Source: Hypanus sabinus
Lineage: Eukaryota
DNA: 64,000 nt
Assembly: GCF_030144855.1 (NCBI RefSeq)
Contig: NC_082726.1
Location: 35,960,001-36,024,000 of the forward strand
Direction: 5' to 3'
In this document: positions 39,309 to 51,286 of the stretch, one piece after another
Layout of the letters: the number at the start of each line of letters is the position of its first letter
How positions within the stretch are numbered: position 1 is the first letter of the stretch
Notes under the pieces: model-generated
What the model was told of the DNA's origin: nothing
Seen by the model: the letters and a program-made list of their open reading frames with translations, nothing else
Databases searched by the model: none
Position numbers and translations under genes: made by a program

Positions 39309-39472
39309 TACCAAAGAAAAATGTCATTTTATCTGAAGTGCTGAACCAAGCCAGACTGCCAATCATCGATCATCAGACCTGCAAAATGAAGAAGTTCTGG
39401 GGGGATCGAGTGCGTAGTACAATGATTTGTGCTGGCTTGAAAGATACAGGGGGGTCTCCTGCCGCTTGTCAG
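39309..39472 (+). CDS. Serine protease exon 5
   Basis: VPKKNVILSEVLNQARLPIIDHQTCKMKKFWGDRVRSTMICAGLKDTGGSPAACQ; ttttccttacag acceptor, CAG|GTATTT donor, phase 0; absent from the ORF track. Confidence 0.95.
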
Positions 39473-39609
39473 GTATTTGGAAAGAATCTGGTTGAAGGTT
39501 AACAGCACCTATTCCCCTCATCAGCTTACCTCTGTACCCTTATATCATTTTTTTAAATAGATCAGAAATGTACATTTAATATGAACTTTCATATGAAGGA
39601 CACACTTCA

Positions 39610-40015
39610 CAGGCTAGGACTTTATTCCTTGGAGCGTAGAAAATTGAGTGGAGATTTGAGGGAGGTATATAAAATTATGAGGGTATACAGTAGATAGGGT
39701 AAATGCAAGCAGGCCTTTTCCACTGAGTAGGGTAAAACTACAATCAGAGGTCATGGGTTAAGGGTGAAAGGCAAAAAGTTTAAAGGGAACATGAGGGAAA
39801 ACTTCTTCATTCAGATGGTCATGAAAGTGTGGAACAAGCTGCCAGCACAAGTGGTGCACATGAGCTCAATTTCAATGTTTAAGAGAAGTTTGGATAGGTA
39901 CATGGATAGAGGGATCTGGTACCGATGCAGGTCCTGGAGTGGCAATTTAAATGGTTTGGATGGACTAGATGGGCTGAAGGGCCTGTTTCTCTGCTGCACT
40001 TTTCTATGACTATGA
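39610..40015 (+). mobile_element. CR1 LINE 3' end
   Basis: FF.Q.V.KVWN.LP motif and (tatgac)n tail. Confidence 0.85.
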
Positions 40016-40492
40016 CAAAAATATTTTGCAGAGATCGTTTCTGTCTAAAATGAGCCCTGAGTCCAAGGGAACCCTTTTTGTATTATCTGTATGTCCACAG
40101 TCTTTGATTACCATCTGGGCAATGTAATAAGTCCTCTTCTTATTTGTAGGTAGTTCCTCAGGAACAAGGGTAACTCCAGCTCTGCACACTCTGGGATGGT
40201 TGATATTAATGTGGGATCCACAAATTCTGCTCTATATAGACAGGGTAGGAAGTGATTGATAGGGTGGGCAGATGGGCAGCTTGGGAGTTGGTGAATTTTA
40301 TCTGCTTTTATGCTGAATTACTGTGTGCTCCCAACAAATGGACACAAGGCTCTCAACAGAATATTAAATTCTTCTTGTTATTCTGAGCAGTCAGAGGCCA
40401 GAATACCCACACCTGTGGGTATGTTGTGTATCTGCAGGAAAGCACTGAGCTATTCCCTTTCCTCTGTCCCTTTCTGCGACCAAACTCAGAAC

Positions 40493-42240
40493 CACCCCCC
40501 CCCCCCACCTGGTTCAATCCCTTTCTACCTACATCCATGACACCTCACACGCTCTGGATCTTTTCAATGATTTCAGGTTCCTCGGCCCCCATTATCTTAT
40601 TTTTACTACAGATGTCCAGACCCTCTAGACCTCCATTCCCCACCAGGAAGGCCTCAAAGCTCCACTTTTTTCTGGACACAAGACCTAACCAGTACCCCTC
40701 CACCACCACTCTCCTCTGCCTAGCAGAAAAAAATAATTTCTTCTTTGGCTCCTCCCACTTCCTTCAAACAAAAGGTGTAGTCATGGGCACTCACATGGGC
40801 CACAGCTATGTGGAACAGTCTATGTGCCAAGTCTACACTGGTGACAGTCCCACACTTTTCCTTAGCTACATCGACAGCTACATTGGTGCTGTTTCCTGCA
40901 CCCATGGTGGACACATCGACTTCATCAACTTCACCTCCAACTTTCACCCTGCCCTCAAATTTACCTGGTCTACTTCCAACACCTCCCTCCCTTTTCTCGA
41001 TCTCATTGTCTCTATCTTTGGAGACAGCCTATCCACTGATGTCTGTTATAAACCCATGGATTCTCACAGCTGGACTATACCTCTTCCCACCATGTTACTT
41101 GTAAAAGCGCCATCCCCTTCTCTCAATTCTTTTGCCTCTGTTCTCAGAATGAGGCTTTTCATTCCAGAGCTAAGGAGATGTCCTCCTTCTTCAAAGAAAG
41201 GGGCTTCCCTTCCTCCACCATCAACGCTGCCCTCAACCACATCTCTTCCATTTCACACACATTTGCTCTCACTCCAGTCTCCCACCACTCTATCAGGGAT
41301 AGGGCTCCTCTTATCCTCTCCTACTACCACACTAGCCTCTGCATCCAGCACATAATTCTCCGAAACTTCTGACATTTCCAACAGGAACCCACCTCCAAGC
41401 ACATCTTCCTCCACCCCCCCCCCTCCACTTTCTGTTTTCTGCAGGGATCACACCCCAAGTGACTCCCTTGTCCATTTGTCCCTCCCCACTGATCTCCCTG
41501 CTGGCATTTATCCTTGCAAGTGGAACAAGTGCTACACCTGCCCCTACACCTCCTCCCTCACTACCATTCAGGATATTAAACACTTCACCTGAGAGTCTGT
41601 TGGGGTCATATACTGTGTCCAACGTTCCCAGTGTGGCCTCCTGTATATCAGTGAGACCCAACATAGGTTAGAAGACTGCTTCGCTGAGCACCTGCACTCC
41701 ATCTATCTGAAAAAGCAGCATCTCCCAATGGTCGCCCATTTTAATTCCACTTCCATTCTCAGTCCCATGTCGATCCATGGCCTTCTCCATTGTCGTGATG
41801 AGACCACACTCAGGTTGGAGGAGCAGCATCTTATATTCTGTCTGGGTAGCATCCAAACTGATGCACGAACATTTGATTTCTCTAACTTCCAGTAATGCAC
41901 CCTACCCCACTCTCCCTCACCACTTCCCATCTCCTCTTCCCTCTCTCACCTTATCCCCTTGCCTGCCCATCGCCTCCCTCTGGTGCTCCTCTCCTTTCTC
42001 TTTCTTCAACTACCTTCCGTCTCTTTTACCAATTTACTTCCCAGCTCTTTACTTCATCCCCTCCCCCTTCAGGTTTCACCTATCACCTCATTTTTCCTCT
42101 CTCCCCTCCCCCCACCTTTTAAATCTATTCCTCTTTTTTTTTACAATCCTGCCGAAGGGTTTTGGCCCAAAATGTGAACTGTACTCTTTCCCTGGATGCT
42201 GCCTGGCCTGCTGAGTTCCTCCAGCATTTTGTGTGTGTTG
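40493..42240 (+). mobile_element. Penelope-like element, degenerate RT and GIY-YIG
   Basis: FLQTKGVVMGT..YIDS..FHPALKFT..LPFLDL PLE-type RT motifs; possible TSD CTCAGAAC (40485-40492, 42241-42248). Confidence 0.85.
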
Positions 42241-42485
42241 CTCAGAACAGGGTGCCTGTTTCTGGAGAGTGGTGTTTGATAAGCCAAAAACATGGCCTGA
42301 TCAATGAAAGGGACTAAATGTAACTAGGGCATCACTGTTGGGTTTGTTGGCCTAAGAGACGGAGAGTTTGCTTATTCTGCCATTGTATTCAGAAGGTTTT
42401 GCAGAGACTGTTGGTAAGTATCGCTTCAGTGCTCTAAAGTACCTGTTAGAGATAGTCAGAGGTGCATAGGCGGCTGTGGATTATG

Positions 42486-42668
42486 TTCAAAGTTAATTTA
42501 TTATTATAGTACATATATGTCATCATATATGATACTGAGATTCATTTTCTTACAGGCAATCACAGTAAATACAAGATGTACAATAGAATCAATGAAAGAC
42601 CACAGCCACCAGGAGGGACCACAAGCCACAAGCAATGAGCAAAAACAACTTGTGCAAATACAAAAATA

Positions 42669-42712
<44 letters not shown>

Positions 42713-44292
42713 AATAGATAGATAGATAAATAAATAAATAATGACAACGATAATGATAATTTTGGCATAATTTCTTAGTCCAAAACTAATCTGGGAAATT
42801 TACAAAGAAAATAAGAACTGAAATGACAGATTTTAGAAAACACTATGTATATTCAGACACACTCAGATTAAATCTGCCTGGGACAGAAGGAGGAAGAGGA
42901 ATAACAGACATAAAAATTTTAAACAACAATCAGATAAAACTTCAAAGGATATGTTTCAATCAACCAAATCAGAATTCACCATGCCACATTGGCATATGTA
43001 ATTCTGTCAAGTATACACATGTAAACTTAAATAAAAGCACAACCCAGAAAAATGAAGACATTATCACTATAGAAGAAAAAGTGAACCAATGGAAGAGCAT
43101 GACCCTCCATGGAAGACATCCCCATGATCTGAAGAGTCTAGATGTCTACAAGGAAGCATCAAACACCTGGCTCAAAGTTGGAGATCTCTTCCCAGAAACA
43201 GAGTTCTTTGCGGCAATTCAGGATCAGGCAGTTAACACAAATAGTAATCAAAAATACATAACAAATTAAAGACGCAGAAATGGCAAGAGAAACCAGAAAC
43301 AATCCAGCGCATTACAGGATCCTGCAGCATTTTAACACAATATGATTACTTACACAAGCACATCAAGTGGAAACATCATTCACCAAAATTGTGCTTTAAA
43401 ATACAAACTCAAAAACAACAGCATACTTTACTATAAGTACAAACCTGATCCAGTTTTAGAGTCAGAGACCCACAAATCATATTACGACCAGTCTGTTATT
43501 ACAGGTAGGACAGTCCACAATAACCATCCAGATATAATAATACAGGATAAACATGCAAGAACAACATACAGAAATCAATGTGAAAACACCATAAATATGC
43601 TGAATTAAAAGAGTAAATTGAAAGATAATGGAACATGAACAGTTACTCATTGTCCCAGTAATAATATCTACAACTGGTATCATTCTACACAATAGCATTA
43701 AATAATTAGTCCTGCACAACAATGTTTACATAAATTTCCAGAAAGCCGCAATACTAAACACCACTAGAGTAGTCCAAAAAGTTCCTAGCAATTGAGAAAT
43801 GAGTGTGATTGGCTATGCCTGTACCTCAGGTTTTACCAGTCTGAGCTGAGAAAAAAAAACTAAAAATACAACAATAATAACAATAAATAAATAAACAATA
43901 AATATTAAGAACATGAGTCGAACTCCTTGAAAGACAGTGCATAGGCTATGGGAACAGTTCAGTGGTGGAGCAAGTGAAGTTGAGTGAAGTTATCCCGTTT
44001 CAAGAGCTTGGTAATTGAGGGGATATAACTATTCCAGAACCTTGTGGTCTTCCTGATGAGAGCAGTGCTCTTATCATTGTACTGCATCTTCTTCCTGATG
44101 AGAGCAGTGAGAAGAGAGCATGGCCTGGATGGCAGGAGTCCTTGATGATGGTTGCTGCATTCCTGGGATAGCGCTCTGTGTAGACGTGCTCAGTAGTGAG
44201 CATGCTTTAACTGTGAGGGACAGTGCCGAATCCACCTCTTTTTAATAGGCTTTTCCATACAAGGACATTGACGTTTACGTACCAGACCATGA
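42486..44292 (-). mobile_element. Rex1/Babar-type LINE 3' part hosting the R4/Dong insertion and (GA)n/(GATA)n/(TAAA)n repeats
   Basis: IIKD..HPGHALFSLL.SGRR motif (ORF 44000-44203); collinear with 21707-22075. Confidence 0.75.
42761..43850 (+). mobile_element. R4/Dong-clade non-LTR retrotransposon 3' fragment (restriction-like endonuclease type)
   Basis: RLNLP..EGGRGITDI, LHGRHP, ETE..AIQDQ, decayed zinc knuckle E.PETIQ.ITGSC and HNNHPDIII (PD-D/ExK-like); A-rich tail; (AAT)-like repeats on both sides. Confidence 0.8.
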
Positions 44293-44876
44293 TGAAGAGG
44301 GCAAGGCAGGAGCTATATTTCATTAGAGGTTTGAGGAGATTTGGTTTGTCACATAAAAGACTCAAAAACTTCTACAGATGTACTGTGAAGAGCATTCTGT
44401 CTGGCCACATCACTCTGATATCGGGGGGGGGGGGGGGTGCGGGTAGGTGGCTACTGCACAGGATTGAAAGAAGCTAAAGAAAGAAAGTGTTTAAGTTAGT
44501 CAGCTCCATTTTGGGTACTAGCCTCTGTAGAGTCTAAGACATGTTCAAGGAGTGGTGCCTCAGAAAGGCAGTGTCCATTATTAAGGACACCCATCAACCA
44601 GGGCATGCACTCTTCTCATTGTTACTGTCAGGAAGGACATACAGAAGCCTGAAGGTCCAGAACAGTTTCTTCCCCTCTGCCATCCGATTTCTAAATAGAC
44701 ATTGAACCCATGAACACAACCTCACTTTTTTATATTATTTGTTTTTGCACTGTCTTTAACTATTTAAAATACATGTTTATACCTACTGTAATAGACTTGT
44801 ACTGCATTGTACGGCTGACACTAAGTTAACAAATTTCACGACATATGTCGGTGATTTTAAACCTGATTCTGATTCT
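44293..44876 (+). mobile_element. Rex1/Babar-type LINE 3' part, (ATTCTG)n-tail family
   Basis: KRARQ.LYFIRGLRRFGLS..L.NFYRCTV.SIL; same family on the minus strand at 47641-48415 and 50327-51286. Confidence 0.8.
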
Positions 44877-45199
44877 CATGCTAAAATAGTATGAGGACAA
44901 TGTTTAGCTGTAATGACTAGAATGTAAAAACTTGAGAAATAGAAGCAGAATCTACAAGACCATTAGGACTGCTGTACCTGCTCCCATTAAAAATCATGGA
45001 TAAGACATGCACTTCATTAATAAAATGCATTATGGTGCATCGATAGGTATAATACAGGGTTTCCTATATGTGATGGTAGGCAATGAGATCCATTGTGATG
45101 TTGTGTAACTAGAATTCACTCTGTGTAATGGTGGACTTCTGAGATTCACTGCATACGACTGTGTTGTACTGGGACTCACTGCAGTTTGTTGTGTTTCAG

Positions 45200-45379
45200 G
45201 GAGACTCTGGTGGCCCCCTTCTCTGTCAGAACGGCTCAGGTAAATGGGAAATTCATGGTGTGGTGAGCTTTGGACCTACTGGCTGCACTGGTGAGAACAA
45301 GCCAAGCGTTTTTACGAGAATCACTGCATACCTCCCCTGGATCGAGAAAACAAAAATAAGGGATTTTTTCTTAGACTGA
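45200..45379 (+). CDS. Serine protease exon 6 (catalytic Ser195) to stop; spliced CDS 927 nt, 308 aa
   Basis: [59 protein letters not shown]; gtgtttcag acceptor; exon lengths 97+110+95+281+164+180 keep frame. Confidence 0.95.
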   Translation, partial: GDSGGPLLCQNGSGKWEIHGVVSFGPTGCTGENKPSVFTRITAYLPWIEKTKIRDFFLD

Positions 45380-45433
45380 TGCCCCATTCACAGCTCAAAT
45401 TTATTCACTGGAAAAAGAAATATTTTACATAAA

Positions 45434-45439
45434 AATAAA
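45434..45439 (+). terminator. Polyadenylation signal of the protease gene
   Basis: AATAAA about 55 nt after the stop codon. Confidence 0.65.
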
Positions 45440-45887
45440 AGCTTTTAAAGGGAAGTTATTGACTGCCTTTAAATTTCTGTCTCCTTAGACTGTGGATAGC
45501 TTGAAGGAAGAGGGAATATGGAATGTCATTCTTCAGAAAGAAAGAGAAAGCTGGGTCAAAGCATTTTACAAATCAATTAAGCTTAGAAACATTGACATTA
45601 CTGTAATATACAGAAACTAACTAAATGGAAGAAGAAACTATTAGCTGAAAAATTAATTTCAAGAATCTTAAACTAGCTCTTAAAATGTCTGAACCAGTAG
45701 TATTTTGCCACTGTGTTGCACTTGATCCAATTTGGATCCAATGTAAATGTGATAAAAGACACACGATAAACTTGCCTTAAAAGAAACCTTTTCAGTTCAG
45801 TGGCAAAAAGTTTGTTATTAATGGCACTAATAGCATGATTGATTTATGTTGCTTTTTGTAGCAAGTCTAAAAATTTGTTATCCACAT

Positions 45888-46400
45888 TGTTCTACGAGTC
45901 TGTGGTGGCCAGTGCTATCATGTTTGCTGTTGTGTGCTGGGGCAGCAGGCTGAAGGTAGCAGACACCAACAGAACCAACAAACTCATTCATAAGGCCAGT
46001 GATGTTGTGGGGGTGGACTGGGCTCTCTGATGGTGGTGTCTGAAAAGAGGATGCTGTCTAAGTTGCATGCCATCTTGGACAATGTCTCCCATCCACTCCA
46101 TAATGTACTGGTTAGGCACAGGAGTACATTCAGCCAGAGACTCATTCCACCGAGATGTAACACTGAGCATCATAGGAAGTCATTCCTGCCTGTGGCCATC
46201 AAACTTTACAACTCCTCCCTTGGAGTGTCAGATATCCTGAGCCAATAGGCTGGTCCTGGACTTATTTCCACTTGGCATAATTTACCTATTATTATTTAAT
46301 TATTAATGGTTTTATATTGCTACATTTCTACACTATTCTTGGTTGGAGCGACTGTAATGAAACCCAATTTCCCTCGGGACCAATAAAGTATGTCTGTCTG
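45888..46400 (+). mobile_element. Young Rex1/Babar-type LINE 3' end (second family, (TGTC)n tail)
   Basis: Near-identical to 51793-52301; FYESVVASAIMFAVVCWG..KSFLPVAIKLYN. Confidence 0.85.
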
Positions 46401-46842
46401 ATCTTTCAACTTCATGAAAAGCACAAGGATACTCAATTAACAACATATATTCACTGATATTCATTACAATGTTACCTTCCCTGTTAAAATGTTCCACAAA
46501 TTAACTCTAGGCTTGACATTATAAATAATGAAAGCTACTTAAAAGGCAACCTGCACTTAAAGCAATGGTCCATCTTGTCTGCAGTAAATAGTGAAAATCT
46601 ACTGTGAAGTGAATTGGTGCTGTAATACCGAGAAGTGGTCGAACCAGCAATATAGCGTACCCCAGCATTTTCTGTTAATGCATTAGGTGCCTTAATTGCA
46701 AGATGTTAAGAGAAGAGAGATTTTCTATGTCCACAGTACAGAAGACATACACCAAAACACAATAGAAAAATTATCATATTTGATGAAAAAGTGAATGCTG
46801 GCACTATTTTGCTCTGAGGTTACATTGGTAGCTCTGGCAATG

Positions 46843-47480
46843 ATAGAAAATAGAACGTAGAATAGTAGAGCACAGTACAGGCCCTTCGGCCCACAATGTT
46901 GTGCCGACCCTTAATCCCTGCCTCCCAAATATACCCCCACCTTAAATTCCTCCATATACCTGTCTATAAGTTTCTTAATTTTCTCTAGTGTATCTGCCTC
47001 CGCCACAGACTCAGGCAGTGCATTCCACACACCAACCACTCTCTGAGTAAAAACCCTTCCTCTAAAATCCCCCTTGAACTTCTCACCCCTTACCTTAAAG
47101 CCATGTCCTCTTGTATTGAGCAGTGGTGCCCTGAGGAAGAGGCACTGGCTGTCCAATCTATCTATTCCTCTTAATATAGTGTATACCTCTATCTTGTCTC
47201 CTCTCATCCTCCTTCTCTCCAAAGAGTAAAGCCCTAACTCCCTTAATCTTTGATCATAATGCATACTCTATAAACCAGGCAGTATCCTGGTAAAACTTCT
47301 CTGTACCCTTTCCAATGCTTCCACATCCTTCCTATAGTGAGGCGACCAGAAATGAACACAGAACTCCAAGTGTGGCCTAATCAGAGTTTTATAGAGCTGC
47401 ATCATTACCTTGAGACTCTTAAACTCTATCCCTCGACTTATGAAAGCTAACATCCCATAAGCTTTCTTAAATACCCTATT
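46843..47480 (-). mobile_element. CR1 LINE 3' end
   Basis: Minus ORFs LGLYSLERRRMRGD.IEVY and LYKTLIRPHLEFC. Confidence 0.9.
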
Positions 47481-47640
47481 CATTGGTGTCTCTGGAAATA
47501 TCAGCAGTAAGCACTTCTGTGAGCTTAAAACTTCCCGGAAAGCGCATAGCAGACACATAGTGTTCCTCCTTTCTTCTCTCCTACTCCCACCTTTCCTCCT
47601 ACTCCCTTATCCAATTTTTTTTTGTTTTGTTTAGTTTTTC

Positions 47641-48415
47641 AGAATCAGAATCAGAATTCAAAATCAGGTTTATTATCACTGGCATGTGTCATGAAATTTG
47701 TTAACTTAGCAGCAGCAGTACAATGCAATACTGTACATGATACTATAGAACAAAAAAAACAAAGAAATAAATTGCAGAAATATGTATATATTAGTTAAAT
47801 TAAATTCAGTGCAAAAACAGAAATAATAAAAGTGAGGTAGTGTTCATGGGTTCAATGTCCATTTAGGAATCGGATGGCAGAGGGGAAGAAGCTGTTCCTA
47901 TATCACTGAGGCTCCTGTACCTCCTTCCTGATGGTAACAATGAGAAGAGGGCATGTCTTGGGTGATATGGGTCCTTAATAATGGACACCACCTTTCTGAG
48001 GCATGGTTGGCCTTTAGGAGGAAGAATTCCTTCTGCGAAATGGACATAACCAGAAAACTGAAGAGGAATCAGAAGCAGAGATGTCTTGGATACTACAGAG
48101 GGTAGTACCAAAGATGGTGATGGCTAATTTTACAACTTTCTGTAGCTTCTTTTGATCCAGTGCAGTAGCGCCCCCTCCCCCATACCAGACAGTGATGCAG
48201 CATGTCAGAACGCTCCCTACGGTACATCTGTGGAAACTTTCAAGAATTTTAGGTGACAAACCAAATTTTCTCAAACTCCTAATGAAATGTAGCTGCTGGC
48301 TTGCCTTATTTATAGCTGCATTAATATTTTGGGACCAGGTTGGATCCTCAGAGATCTTGACATCCAGGAACTTGAAATTGCTCACTCTCTCCACTTCTGA
48401 TCCCTCTGTGAGGAT
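47641..48415 (-). mobile_element. Rex1/Babar-type LINE 3' part
   Basis: ERVSNFKFL.V.ISED.TWS..KASQ.LHFIRSLRKFGL; (agaatc)n tail. Confidence 0.85.
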
Positions 48416-49520
48416 ACAATGCAGAGTTCAAGATAGCAACTGGATTTCCTAGCTATGTTTATTCCCTAGGAGAAACCCTTCCTCCTAAAGGCCAACCATG
48501 TCTGAAAATAAAAATCAAAATATTGCAAATGCTGGCAATCACACTCAACAGCCATGCAGATTCTTAAGGAAGACAAGTAAAGTTAATATTTTATGTCAAA
48601 CATCCTTCATCAAATCTTTGGTCATGATCTTTAACCTGAAGTATTAAGTCTGTTTCCTTTCCATCGATGCTGCCTGATCTGTTGAGTGTTTCCAGCATTT
48701 TCTGTCCTTATGCTTGAAAATAACTTACTTCAACAAAGGCTTTTAAAGGTATTTCAAAGCAAACATATACTGTAATATCCAAAAGGATACTTAAACTTTA
48801 GCCAATTAAAGAAAATTAACAAAATTATGTATTGTAATAGCATCAAGAAATAATCCAACAACTAATGCCTTAACTGTTTATTACCCCTGTAAGTATCAGA
48901 CAAGTGGAGGAGGGAAATCCTTTATTCCATTGAATGTCATGTTCAACTTTGTGTGGACAGGACACGATGAGCCCAAATTCCAAATTCACAGCAGTGGTAT
49001 CAAATTAGCATTTCACATTGTGACTCCTGCCGTTACCTTCACCCATCTTACCCACCAGTCTGGATGCAGAAGGCTGATATTTCTAGTCATCTGCACCCTC
49101 AGGTCAGACAATGCTGTTGCAGTGCTGACTAGGCAGCATGCAGTGGATGATCTGTTGCTCTAGGGGTAACCAACCACACACTTCAACCATAAGAGAGATT
49201 GCCAGTACAGGCACTGGTTGAGGCTTGCTGTGGACCTACACAAAGCCTCACCACATAACAAGGAGTTCCAAGGAATAGCACAAGCTCAATTACCAAAATT
49301 CCTTATGGACAGTTTTTTCAAAGAATCCTATATAGTGAAGAAGACAAAATAAAATAAACATAATCAACTAGTTACTTATTCCTGAAACATACACCTTATT
49401 TGAAAGTCCTCAAAATATTAGAATTAGAAATGAATTCTAATGACACAATACAGTCATTTAAGAAAGTAACTGTCTTTTTTTTATCTCTCAGAGGACAAGC
49501 ATTCCCTACTCTTTAACTAA

Positions 49521-49750
49521 GACACAAAAGTACTGGAGCAGCTCAGCAAGTCAGTCAGCATGTATGGTGGGGAATAAACAGATGATGTAGACCTTTCATC
49601 AGGATGCCGAGACTCCTAGTCCTGATGAAGGCCTCAGGCCAAAATATCACCTGTTTATTACCCTCCATGCATGCTGCCTGACTTGCTAAGTTCCTCCAGC
49701 ATTTTGTGTGTGTTGCTCAAGATTCCTAGCACCTGCAGAATCTCGTGTTT
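49521..49750. mobile_element. Fold-back element of two head-to-head PLE termini, each with a CTGATGA core
   Basis: TCATCAG at 49596-49602 and CTGATGA at 49622-49628; arms reverse-complementary over about 60 nt with mismatches. Confidence 0.8.
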
Positions 49751-50326
49751 ATAATTTGCTGCTCTACTCCTTTATGTCAAGAAGCTAATTACATTTCCGC
49801 CTTTTCTCATCTTATTAGGCACTGTACTTTAAGGCATCATCTTTATCTTGTTATCCCTTGGGTTCAGGTACACATACCAGTCTTTGACATGAAAAAAGCA
49901 TAAGGGAGGCTGTGGGCTGAACCAAACCTTTAATGTTAGGTTACTGCCAGTGAGAGTCATTACAGTAAAACAGTATTTAGTATTAACTGCGAAGGTTGAA
50001 CATGGCTTTAAAGTCACAATAGTAAAATCACCTACTATTTAGGTTGTGACAACTGTCAACAGAGGTTTGGCAAAGTCTGTTCAGTTCTTTATACCTCTGA
50101 ACCAAACAAATGGACTCACTTTCAAGGGCTCTAAAACTCACATTCTCAGTATCAATCAATCAATCATTCATTCATTCATACATCTACACAGATCATCTTT
50201 TTTGCACATTTTTTTCAGTATTTGTATACAGTGATATACCTATACTTCTAGTATCATAACCCAGGCAGTTCTAACAAAGACACTTCCAACCAAAAGGTTA
50301 ACACCCTCTTCAATTGACACCTGATC

Positions 50327-51286
50327 TCAGAATCAAAATCAGAATCAGGTTTATTATCACCGGCATGTGTCATGGAATTTGTTAACTTAGCAGCAGCAGT
50401 TCAATGCAATACATAATATAGAAGCAGCAGAAAAAATCAATCAATTACGGTATACGTATATTGAACAGATTTTAAAATTTGTGCAAAAACAGAAACAATG
50501 AAAGTGTTCATGGGTTCAATGTCCATTTAGGAATCAGATAGCAGAGGGGAATTTACTATGTGTGTGTGCCTTCAGGCCTCTGTACCTCCTACCTGACGGT
50601 GACAGTAAGAAAAGGGCATGCCTTGGCTTCTGGAGGTCCTTAATAATAAACTCTGCCTTTCTGAGATACCGCTCCTTGAAGGTGTCCTGGGTACTTTGTA
50701 GGCTAGTACCCAAGATGGAGAAAACTAAATTGACAACCAAACTAAACTGGCAGCTCCTTTCGGTCCTGAGTAGTAGCAACCCCCCCCCCCCACCCCCGCT
50801 CCACCATACCAAACAGTGATGCAGCTGTCAGAATGCTCTCCACGGTACATCTATATAAGCTTTTGAGTGTTTTTGTTGACATACCAAGTCTATTCAAACT
50901 CCTGATGAAGTATATTCACTGTCTTACCTTCTTTATAGCTGCATCAATATGATGGGACTGGGTTAGGTCCTCAGAGATCTTGACATCCAGGAACTTGAAC
51001 CTGCTCACTCTCTCCACTACTGAACTCTCTATGAGGATTGGTATGTGTTCCTTTGACTTACCCTTCCTGAAGTCCACAATCAGCTCTTTCGTCTTACTGA
51101 CATTGAATGCAAGGTTGTTGCAGCGACATCACTCCACTAGTTGGCATATCTCACTCCTGTAAGCTCTCTCGTCACCATCTGAGATTCTACCAACAATGGT
51201 TGTATCATCAGCAAATTTATAGATGGTATTTGAGCTATGCCTAGCCACACAGTCATGGGTATAGAGAGAATAGAGCAGTGGGCTAA
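50327..51286 (-). mobile_element. Rex1/Babar-type LINE RT and 3' end
   Basis: LSPLLYSLYTHDCVARHSSNTIYKFADDTT; (agaatc)n tail. Confidence 0.85.

Noticed and set aside
44048-44110. 20-bp direct repeat tcttcctgatgagagcagtg containing CTGATGA
   Set aside because: Local duplication in a Rex-type LINE; no stem II or GAAA follows, so it is not a hammerhead
49303-49320. Read-through of TGA as selenocysteine in the divergent ORF, giving U-K-N-C
   Set aside because: No convincing SECIS (AUGA..AA..GA with a proper helix) in the predicted 3' UTR
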